From Promethearchaeati archaeon (lineage in GTDB: Archaea; Asgardarchaeota; Heimdallarchaeia; JABLTI01): a DNA stretch of 29,578 nucleotides. A program made the position numbers and the translations under genes. The stretch lies in contig JABLTI010000029.1 of assembly GCA_013166835.1 (NCBI GenBank), forward strand, positions 1 through 29,578, read 5' to 3'. Positions 8,801 through 18,000 of this stretch are shown piece by piece. Each line of letters starts with the position of its first letter. Position 1 is the first letter of the stretch. The notes below the pieces were generated by a model, which saw nothing but the letters and a program-made list of their open reading frames with translations, was not told where the DNA came from and searched no databases.

Positions 8801-11800
8801 TTACTTTTCTTTCAATAAATCGCTAAGATTACTAACTCCAAAAGGTCCAATCTGTTCTAATTGCGTTGCGAGAATAAAGAGAGTGTTGAGTGTTATCGTT
8901 TCTCTTGGTTTTACTTTGATTTCTCGAGTATTTTTTGTCAAAGAAATATGAGTTAGATTTGGTGAATACGGATAAACGCTGCTAATAAATTGACCTCTTG
9001 AACAAGCAACACCAAAGTAATATTTGTTATCTGCTTTCTTAAATGCAGACCATAAGTTTCCATATAACTTTTCATAACCAACTTCAGATTCATGATTCTG
9101 CAGTTTGTAAGTCATAGTTTTTCCTTGTTTATCTTGAATGAAATAACGGTCTCTTTCAGAATTTGATGTTTTCAAATCGGCAGTAGTATGAGCATAGAGA
9201 TTCCTCGTGGATCCCGACAGATTTGTAAATACTTGTTGACCTAAGACAATAGGAGAATCAGGGAGTGTTAGGAATCGATTTTCCACTTGTATGCCCTTTA
9301 TTGCCGGATGAAATGTTAACACGTTTGATTTGAATCCAATACCTTTCCAATTACCTTCTTCTATTTCATAAGAATCAAAGGTGATATTGTCAAAGTACTT
9401 CTCATCACCAATCCAGAAGTGTTTTGGTTTTACTATGGGTCCGAGTCCACCATAAAAGTGATTAAACCATAAGAATGGTTTGCTTTCTGGGAAGTTTGTA
9501 AGCAAGTAATTATGATCATCATCTGCTGGTGATAAGAAGAAAACATAGCCCTTGAAATCCTTACTTCCTTTGAATTTCAAGTATCCATTGTTGACTTCTA
9601 AAACTTCTTTATTATCAACTAATGATTTTGTTATTGTGACATCCTCTTTCTTATCAAAGAATGCAAAAGCTATAGGTGTATCATACTTTTTGGTTTTACA
9701 ATCAAAGGTGATTTTACCACCCACAACATAGCTTTTTGGTGCTTTTATTTTGATTTCTTCTTGCCAAAATCTTCCTTTGTGAGATTTAATTTTGAAGCTA
9801 CTCGGTTCTGTTATTTTTTCTTTGAGAGAGATATCGACTTTTCCTTTTAATGTTGTAGTTCCTGAAGCATCAAAAGCCACATCTATTGTTTTCTGATTCT
9901 TATCAAGAATTACTCCTTGAGCTAGTGTTTCACCTTCAATTTTATTGATGAATCCAAATTGTTTCATATTTTCCGGGAAATGATAAAATTGCAATTCATT
10001 TTCAGGGGAGTAATGAAACTTGTCTTGCCACATTTTCCTAACTGCTTGCCAGGAATCTGTAAAATAGTAATAAGTAAATGGTGTTTCATAACTAGTTTTG
10101 CCTTTCAACTCAGCTATTTTATAATCGACACTTGGAAATCTTCTGGGTCGGATTTTATCAATTTTATTTAAATCATGGAGAAATCCAATTGTTCCACTTA
10201 CGTACTCGGTTGCTCTCCAACCCTCAGAAAAATCTGATGGATCATCTTCGAAAATAGTTGGAACTTCATACATGTTTCCAGTTTTTATTCCATCCTTTGT
10301 TGGAATAATTATATTCTTAACATCAGTTTGTCCAGGCCACCAATAGGAACCTAGTTGTATACCTAGGTCACCGATTGGTTTATCAGTGAGATTTTCTACC
10401 AAATATTTGAAACCGATTGGCTCATTGCTTGTTGGGATAAAGGCCTTTCTTGTTACTTTAATTCCTTTTTTATCCTCTGATAGTCCAGTACTATGTATCC
10501 AAACACCATTAGATTCTTCTTTAATTTCATGTTCCAATTGTAGATTAAAGAATTCACTTCCATCATCATCAAAAGGATAGCCTAGAATTATAGCATTACC
10601 ATTTATACACAATCTTCTAAGTTTGTCAGTGATATAGATTTCATTTGACCAAGGTTGTGGTTTTCTATTGAATTTCACTAAGTAATGTTTGTTTTCTATG
10701 TAAACAAGCTCCTCAAATTCATATACCACAGATTTGTTTTCGTTGAAGATGACAACAGGTAAGAGTCTCTCTTGTAATAATTCATTATCCTTTGTTGTAG
10801 CTCTAACCTTAACAAAATCAACAACTGTATCTGTGCTTCCAGTCTCAGCAGCAACCTCAAGTATTGTATCATATTTTGAAATTTTCACTTCGTGTTGCTT
10901 TTTCTTAAAAGTAATGAAATTTGTATCTGTTAATTCAATTTTAATTGCTTTTTCTTCATCAAAGCAATTTATAATTTCAAGAGGTAATGTAAATTGATGA
11001 TTTGGAATGGTATTATAATTTACTGGAGCTGTCAAGATCTTAATTGCATGTAATGGTGCTTTCCCTATTCTTATTGGAAAACTTACTCCATCGCTTTCAA
11101 TATTAAATGTAATTTGATGTTCACTGTAGTTTTGATGATGTATTTTCATATCAAATTCATTAGTATCATAAGCAAAACTAGCTGTAAATTGGAGAATTTT
11201 CTCCTCTTTTGGCTTTACAATTATTTCTTGTTTTTCAACTTTTAATTTGATTTTATCAGAAATTTGAGTATTAATTTGAAACTTCTTTTCAGTAGAGCCA
11301 TTATTTCTGATTGTCAATGTTATTGGAAATTCCTCAAAACCAATGAATGCTTCAGTATTTGGTACAGTTGCTTTCACAAATAAATCATCATTCTCAGTTT
11401 TCTTATGGAACCCACTAATGCAGCCAATGCTTCTATCTATCCAAACTTCTAGAGAATTTTTCTCATCCATTACAAAATCGTATTTGTAGATTGCCATTTT
11501 CTCTTCGAATTCTTCATCCGGAATTTGATTAATTACTGGTTTAAAGGAATTATACCATGAATACTTCTCAAACATCTCTTGGAGAAGTGGATAAACCAGT
11601 ATTTGAGGAAGATAATTCTCAAGATAACAAGAAGTATTAGGTCGCCACTTGTAACCTTGCTTCTTGTAAAGAGGCATCGCCTTAAGATTTCCACCCCACG
11701 TATGGAGAGAAATTAATGGAGCTTTATGTTTTAGTGCGTGTCTAGTGGATTCTAAGAGAAGAGCTTTTCCAAATTTCTGTCCTTGATATGCAGGATCAAC

Positions 11801-12151
11801 CCCTATCAACTGAACATACCAAGCATCAGATAGATTCCATGATCTACTACAGATACTTACTCCCACTATTTTATTCTCATCATCAGGGGCATTAATAATG
11901 AAACGGCTTGAATGATCAAGACCTTTGAATCTCTTTTCTAAATATTCACCAGTAAATTCGAAATTCCCACCAAAACCACCTGGCCAGCTATCGGTATCAT
12001 TGAAAGTCTTATAGCAACTCGCTAATGCATCGTAGTCTTTTCTTTCCTCACGTAATGTTCTAATCAATTCTGTTTTTTCATCTTGTAGGAAGATTATTTC
12101 TCTGATGTCCATACTGGTCTTATCAGTGCTTTTTTTAGGGTTCATTTCCAT
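8801..12151 (-). CDS. Large GNAT-family N-acetyltransferase domain protein
   Basis: 1116 aa. N-terminal GNAT motif A VQLIGVDPAYQGQKFGKALL and motif B HTWGGNLKAMPLYKKQGY, then about 900 aa of beta-rich sequence of unknown function. The true start may be ATG 12145, with GGTGGA upstream. Confidence 0.85.
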   Translation of the reverse strand: MEMNPKKSTDKTSMDIREIIFLQDEKTELIRTLREERKDYDALASCYKTFNDTDSWPGGFGGNFEFTGEYLEKRFKGLDHSSRFIINAPDDENKIVGVSICSRSWNLSDAWYVQLIGVDPAYQGQKFGKALLLESTRHALKHKAPLISLHTWGGNLKAMPLYKKQGYKWRPNTSCYLENYLPQILVYPLLQEMFEKYSWYNSFKPVINQIPDEEFEEKMAIYKYDFVMDEKNSLEVWIDRSIGCISGFHKKTENDDLFVKATVPNTEAFIGFEEFPITLTIRNNGSTEKKFQINTQISDKIKLKVEKQEIIVKPKEEKILQFTASFAYDTNEFDMKIHHQNYSEHQITFNIESDGVSFPIRIGKAPLHAIKILTAPVNYNTIPNHQFTLPLEIINCFDEEKAIKIELTDTNFITFKKKQHEVKISKYDTILEVAAETGSTDTVVDFVKVRATTKDNELLQERLLPVVIFNENKSVVYEFEELVYIENKHYLVKFNRKPQPWSNEIYITDKLRRLCINGNAIILGYPFDDDGSEFFNLQLEHEIKEESNGVWIHSTGLSEDKKGIKVTRKAFIPTSNEPIGFKYLVENLTDKPIGDLGIQLGSYWWPGQTDVKNIIIPTKDGIKTGNMYEVPTIFEDDPSDFSEGWRATEYVSGTIGFLHDLNKIDKIRPRRFPSVDYKIAELKGKTSYETPFTYYYFTDSWQAVRKMWQDKFHYSPENELQFYHFPENMKQFGFINKIEGETLAQGVILDKNQKTIDVAFDASGTTTLKGKVDISLKEKITEPSSFKIKSHKGRFWQEEIKIKAPKSYVVGGKITFDCKTKKYDTPIAFAFFDKKEDVTITKSLVDNKEVLEVNNGYLKFKGSKDFKGYVFFLSPADDDHNYLLTNFPESKPFLWFNHFYGGLGPIVKPKHFWIGDEKYFDNITFDSYEIEEGNWKGIGFKSNVLTFHPAIKGIQVENRFLTLPDSPIVLGQQVFTNLSGSTRNLYAHTTADLKTSNSERDRYFIQDKQGKTMTYKLQNHESEVGYEKLYGNLWSAFKKADNKYYFGVACSRGQFISSVYPYSPNLTHISLTKNTREIKVKPRETITLNTLFILATQLEQIGPFGVSNLSDLLKEK

Positions 12152-12230
12152 CCACCAAAGCGTGATTCTCTCTCAAAATTCCCAATGGAAGTTTAGCGAG
12201 AACTCATCTTATTTTAGCTTTGGGTTTACT

Positions 12231-12935
12231 CTAGGAAGTTTCTTGTTCTTTTTCAGCGAATATTTTTGGTTCTTGAGCTATCTCAACGCTTCTATATGCT
12301 AGTCTATTAACAAGTATAAGCAACGAGCCTAACATTAGAAAAACAACAACTAAAACTCCTAACGCAAGGAAATAATAACCTAAACCTATTGCATCAATAT
12401 CCAAGAAAGGATAAAGATAACTACCAAAGAATTTCCCATTAATAACTGACCATATTATATAGAGAATCGGATAGATAATCCAGAAAGCAAAATAAAGAAA
12501 TTTGTACTTTACTTTTTTCAAAGAAAAAATCCAATCAATAAGAAAAGCTATTGGGACAAGATAATGAATTACAAGATTAGTGAAAATACCATATGGTGTT
12601 GTTGGATTGTAAAGTGAGCTAAGCATTATTGCATATCCTAAGAATGTAATTGTGATATAGATTGTTATTCCGCCTTTTAGTGCACCCTCAACTTTCTTTA
12701 GCCTATCAGAGTTAAAATGAAAAATGACTGCAAGTGTTAACCATATCGCAACTAACAAATTAGTTTGCATTGTATAATACCTATAGCTTCTGATACCAGC
12801 AAGAAAACCTGATAAAGCATCTACTTGAGTTTGCGCTGTTCTCACAAACATCAAAATTAGTACCGACCAAGTAAATAATCCAAGTATTAACCTGTAACTA
12901 AAGACTAGATTTCTAAAGTATTTCCAATTAAACAT
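12231..12935 (-). CDS. Pr6Pr / FAR-17a-AIG1-like integral membrane protein
   Basis: Motifs YYTMQTNLLV, HYLVP..FLIDW, YPILY and YLYPFLD; about 6 TM helices. Confidence 0.8.
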   Translation of the reverse strand: MFNWKYFRNLVFSYRLILGLFTWSVLILMFVRTAQTQVDALSGFLAGIRSYRYYTMQTNLLVAIWLTLAVIFHFNSDRLKKVEGALKGGITIYITITFLGYAIMLSSLYNPTTPYGIFTNLVIHYLVPIAFLIDWIFSLKKVKYKFLYFAFWIIYPILYIIWSVINGKFFGSYLYPFLDIDAIGLGYYFLALGVLVVVFLMLGSLLILVNRLAYRSVEIAQEPKIFAEKEQETS

Positions 12936-13057
12936 AGATTCTTCCAGCTATAAATTGCAATGTTCTATTGTTATGATATTGTAAATTAAAAAGTATTTTT
13001 AGATGGAAAGGATGTTTGACCAGAGTATTAAAATGATAAAAACAAGAAAGATAACTT

Positions 13058-13513
13058 ATGAGTGAAAAGAAATCTATTAATTGGAAATTAATAATTATAC
13101 GTGTGACTTATTGGGTTGGAGTAATACTTGATTTTCTCTCAGCTTTAGTGACAACTATCTATATGCTTTCACCAGGAGACACGTTTATCAACGATATTTT
13201 TGATTACACATCATTAACAGATATTACTTACTCAATACTAGTTTTTGAGACAGCTTTAATGTGGGGTTGGACTGCTTTACTCATTTGGGCGGATAGGAAA
13301 CCGATTGAACGTAGAGGAGTATTACTTCTTACAATAGTTCCAGTTGTAGGAATGATGTTAATATTTAATACAGTAGGATTTGTCGGAGGTAATCCGTTCG
13401 TTTCTGTATTTATGCTTGTTATACAATCAGTAATTGTAGCTCTTTATATTGCTAGCTTTATATTAGCATCAAAACTTGCAAAGAAAAATGAGAGTTTCTC
13501 TGAAAACTCTTAA
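13058..13513 (+). CDS. Four-TM hypothetical membrane protein
   Basis: 151 aa with four hydrophobic segments and a conserved-looking LMWGWTALLIWADRKPIERRGVLLLT motif. Confidence 0.8.
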   Translation: MSEKKSINWKLIIIRVTYWVGVILDFLSALVTTIYMLSPGDTFINDIFDYTSLTDITYSILVFETALMWGWTALLIWADRKPIERRGVLLLTIVPVVGMMLIFNTVGFVGGNPFVSVFMLVIQSVIVALYIASFILASKLAKKNESFSENS

Positions 13514-13572
13514 TACTTTTTTTCATTTGGAAAATTATTTATTTTAGTGATTCAATAAAAACTTGAGTTATA

Positions 13573-13950
13573 ATGATAAATGAAGTTCTCATCTATATTG
13601 GGTCAGCTATAATAATTGTCTGGGGAATTGCTCATGAAATAGCTACAAAAAGTGTAGTAAAAGGATTCGGAGAAATATCAGAAGATAATAAGAAAATAAT
13701 TACCCTTGAATGGATTGCAGAAGGTATTGCTCTTTGTTTTATAGGCGTTCTAGCTATTTTCGTAACTGCATTTGGTGACTATTCAACGCTAACGAACCAA
13801 CTTGTTTATTGGATTAGTTCTGCTACTATGTTTGGTTTAGGTATACTCACTTTACTTACAGGTGCAAGAACTAAAGAAATTCCCTTTAAAATTTGTCCTG
13901 CTGTTTTAGCTGTTGTTATTACTTTATTTATGCTTGGTAGTTTGTTGTAA
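13573..13950 (+). CDS. Four-TM hypothetical membrane protein
   Basis: 125 aa with WGIAH, LEWIAEG and TGART..PFKICP motifs. TATA-like TTTATTTT about 30 bp upstream. Confidence 0.8.
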   Translation: MINEVLIYIGSAIIIVWGIAHEIATKSVVKGFGEISEDNKKIITLEWIAEGIALCFIGVLAIFVTAFGDYSTLTNQLVYWISSATMFGLGILTLLTGARTKEIPFKICPAVLAVVITLFMLGSLL

Positions 13951-13975
13951 CAACATCTATTCTATTTTTTTATTT

Positions 13976-15022
13976 TTAGAATCTCCTAGGAGCTCTAGGA
14001 TAGGATTTATACTTCGTTCGAGGTTCTGTGCTAATCCAATCACCAGATTCATCTAGATGTGAGAGTGATCTCAAGATATCAAAGGTTACCCACCTAGTTG
14101 CTTGGGGATTTGGAATATAGTCCCACAACCCATATGTTCCTTGTACCTCTTGTAAGTATTTCACCATATTTGCTACTCTTGGATCTTCTGTTGTCGCACC
14201 TATTCTCCAACATAGATTTAGAATTAATGCTAAATCATAGCGTCCATGGAAGGTTAGGAAGCCATGTGCTGGCTCTATACCAATTATCCTTGCTACTTCG
14301 AATCCTAGATAGTTTCTATCTTTAGTTTCTCTAGAGAGTAATAAATCAAGCACTCTTTTTGGTACATCTGTGTTTCTTCTTTTTGGATGATAGGCAAATG
14401 CATTCAGAGCACTGGTACTATTTGTTCTACAACCAAATCGCGAATTTGGAAGTTGACGGTAACCAACAGGTTGATAACCTATTTTCCCATCTGGAGAGAA
14501 AATTGTAGGCCAAGAACCATCCTCTGCTCGATGTTCTATCAGCCACTCATAAGCCTTCTCTGCTCGAGAGTCTTCGGCAAAACCACTTATAGCTAAGGCA
14601 AATAATGGATCAGCTGTTTGTTTTGGTGTTATTGCTGGACCATGGGTGGGATGTATAAAATGTAAAACTCTGCCTGGTTGTCTTGGCCAGGCTCCATCAT
14701 CGAATTGATGAGTGAAGAGGTATTCTGCGGCTTTTTGTATTGCTGGATGATCGTTTTGTAACCCCAAATAACCTAATCTAATCATTGCAAGGGAAGTATT
14801 CCTAATTGGACTATCTAGTAATAATCCTAATGATTCACTTGTTGACCATGAACCATCTTTTTGTTGAATAGCTAGTAGAGCAGTTATCAAAGGATCTTTT
14901 TGTTGTTGTCTAATCAATTCCTTGATTTCTTTATCATCAACGTCTTTATGCAAAAGCTCTTTCAAAACCAATAATCGAAGAGAAGGAGAAGCATCACCTA
15001 GTAATAATGGTAACCAAGTCAT
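13976..15022 (-). CDS. Prenyltransferase/squalene-cyclase-repeat (alpha/alpha toroid) protein of unknown function
   Basis: QW-like repeats QQKDGSW, QFDDGAW, RAEDGSW and QGTYGLW, preceded by helices such as KAAEYLF and KAYEWLI. Start overlaps the uvrA-like stop (ATGA), with SD GGAGG. Confidence 0.75.
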   Translation of the reverse strand: MTWLPLLLGDASPSLRLLVLKELLHKDVDDKEIKELIRQQQKDPLITALLAIQQKDGSWSTSESLGLLLDSPIRNTSLAMIRLGYLGLQNDHPAIQKAAEYLFTHQFDDGAWPRQPGRVLHFIHPTHGPAITPKQTADPLFALAISGFAEDSRAEKAYEWLIEHRAEDGSWPTIFSPDGKIGYQPVGYRQLPNSRFGCRTNSTSALNAFAYHPKRRNTDVPKRVLDLLLSRETKDRNYLGFEVARIIGIEPAHGFLTFHGRYDLALILNLCWRIGATTEDPRVANMVKYLQEVQGTYGLWDYIPNPQATRWVTFDILRSLSHLDESGDWISTEPRTKYKSYPRAPRRF

Positions 15023-18000
15023 AAGTTACCCTCCAAGACTTTTTTGATGTATACTGCTGATGGAGTTTTTCCAAGAGATACTTTCTCCGGAGTCTCTGAG
15101 GCAACAATTAACCCACCTTCTGGTCCTCCAACTGGACCAAGCTCAATTAACCAATCGCACGCAGCTAAAACATTCGGATGATGTTCAACTACTATTACTG
15201 TGTTTCCAGCATCGACAAGTCGCTGAAGTATTCCTATTAAGCGTTCAACATCTTCTAAGTGTTGTCCAACTGTAGGCTCATCGAGGATATATAATGTATG
15301 ATCTTTCGTTTTCTTACATAGCTCTTTCGCTATCTTCATTCTCTGAGCTTCTCCACCAGACAAGGTGTATCTTGGTTGTTGCAATACAAGATAACCTAGA
15401 CCAACGTCAATTGCTGCTTTCAAGTGCCGAGCTATAGTTTCATTCTCATCCTTGAAGAGTCTATAAACTTGGTTGATAGTTAATTTCAGAAGATCTGGCA
15501 AAGAAAATTCTTTTACTTTGACTTCCCACGCCTCTGGTATAAAACCGGTTCCTTTACAGATATCACAACTTGAGTAAACAGTAGGTAGGAAACCCATTTC
15601 CATTCTTATTCGACCGGTACCCTTGCAAGCGGAGCAACCTCGTTTGTAATGTTTATCCGTAATTCCAAGAATATCAGCCTCTGCTGTTTCTGTATAGATT
15701 TTGATTAGAGGATTTAGTAATCCAAAGAATCTTAGGGGACTGTAGATGTTTCTCTTCGATTGATCAACTAGTAAAGCATTCTTTGGTGAACCTTCTATTG
15801 ATTCATGTTCTCCAGGTTTCATTCGTTCACTATGTATAGAAGTAGTCAATTTCTTTGGAGCAACAACATTTCCAAGAGTATCTATAATTAATGTGCTTTT
15901 TCCACTTCCTGATACGCCACAAACTCCAACTAAAACTCCAAGAGGAATTTTAACATCTATGTTTTGTAGATTATGTTCCTTAGCACCTTTTATTGTCATC
16001 CATTTAGTGGCTTTTCTTCTTGGTTCGGAAATTAGTTTTAGTTGTTCATCTTGATTTGTGTGGTATGGATTTGTTTTCTTTTTCCCTGATAACCAATTAG
16101 ATGTTGTAGTATTCATTTTCATAATTTCTTCAATTGAACCTTGTGCAATAATCTCTCCACCAGCAACTCCTGAACCAGGACCAAGGTCAATTATATGATC
16201 TGCTCCGGTTATTATCTCTGGATCATGTTCCACAACAACAACCGAATTGCCATCATTTCGAAGTTCTAGTAGGACATCTAGAAGATCATTTACTTCTGAG
16301 GGATGCAATCCTCGAGTAGGTTCATCAAGGAGAATAGTAAGGGAGGTTAAACCACTTCCAAGAATAGAAGCTAATCGTAATCGTTCGTATTCACCAGCAG
16401 ATAAATTATATGTCGGACGATCGGGATTAATATACCCAAGACCAACTTTTATCAGATAATTCAATCTCTTGGTTAACTTCTCAAGATTTTGCTGCAGTAA
16501 TTCTACCCCTATAAAATCTGAGGGTTCAATTTTCTTAATTACCTTTGCTAGATTTTTAATGGTCATTTGTCGCAATTGATGAATGTTGAAACCTTTTAAT
16601 TTGAAAGCTAAATATTCTTCTTTTAATTTCTGCCCATTACAAACATCACAAGTGAATTTGTCGCTATAAGTTTCAAATAAGTCACCATAACTAAACCAGC
16701 TAAATCCACCCCACGCCTGAAAAACTCCCCAAACTCGCTGGTCTCGAACATATTTGATTATTTTTCCTTTGCTTCTTCCCTCTACTTCGAACTCCCACTT
16801 CTCATCTGAGCCATAAAGGAAGATCTGTTTCGCTTCCTCCGGAATTTCATTCCAAGGAGTTTTTTGAGGATCGAAATTATATCTCATTGCAATTTCTTTT
16901 AACAAGTAATAAGCTGAATTTAGTGGTTTGCAGTAGTAACCATAAGGCCAAAAACCAGGCGAGTACATTGCACCATCACAAATCGGTTTCTCAGGATGAA
17001 TGATTAATTTATCAATATTAGGTGTCCCAATAAATCCTAAGCCTTTACATTTTTCACAACTGGAAATCAAGCTTACTGGCGAGAAATGAGTTGGTCTCAC
17101 AAAACTAGCTGTGGATTTGCATTTCGGACAAATCCAATGTTCTTCTCCTCTTCTCATCATGGTTCTACATTCTAGACATTCTCGCTCTCCTATGTGAGTC
17201 ATAAATGTATAAAGATGATCAGCTATCTCACTTACATTTCCAACCGTATACCTCGGATCAATACGCCAAGCACTCCTAAAAGATCTAAGAATAGCTGTAA
17301 CTCCTAATCCTGTGATAGAATCTACTGGTGCTTCTGGACCTTCATTCATACTTTGACGTTCATAAATCGATAAACTCTCGAGAAATCTTCGTCTGGCTTC
17401 TAATTCTAAAACATCATTAACTAAACTCGATTTACCTGAACCCGATATACCCGTAACAACTGCAAGTTTGCCTTTCGGGATATCCACACTGATATTTTTT
17501 AGATTGTTTGCTCTTGCTCCTTTAACAGAAATTACATCAGAGTGTTGGAATTTCTTCTCACTCGTAAGAGTTCTAGGAGTGTATTCTTCTTCTTCCAGAA
17601 GTGCTTTACTTGTTAGAGATTTTTTACACTTTAGTAGATCATTTACAGTCCCACTAAAGATTAATTCACCACCAAATGGTCCTGCTCCCGGGCCAAGATC
17701 GATAATCCAATCCGCAGCTCGAATTATATCCGTATTATGTTCGACAATAACTATTGTTGCTCCTGCTCTTACAAGTCTATCAAATACAACTAACAAGCCA
17801 GAAATATCACTTGGATGTAAACCAGTACTTGGTTCATCTAAAACAATAAGATTTTCAGTAAGATTTCTTCTTCCAAGATATTTCGCTAATTTTACTCTTT
17901 GAGCTTCTCCCCCACTCAGAGTTGGTGATGCTTGTCCTAGATGTAAATAACCCAGTCCAATATCTATTAGTGCTTTCAAAATTGATTCCGCACTTTTTCG

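Noticed and set aside
13976-15022. Squalene-hopene or other terpene cyclase call
   Set aside because: Only 348 aa, with QW-like repeats but no DxDD catalytic motif; only the fold can be supported.
17468-17902. 144-aa plus-strand ORF and the other short antisense or nested ORFs in the track (e.g. 835..1098, 10734..10997, 16247..16459, 23755..23973, 26671..26925)
   Set aside because: They lie within or opposite well-supported genes and read as typical antisense shadow frames with no motifs.
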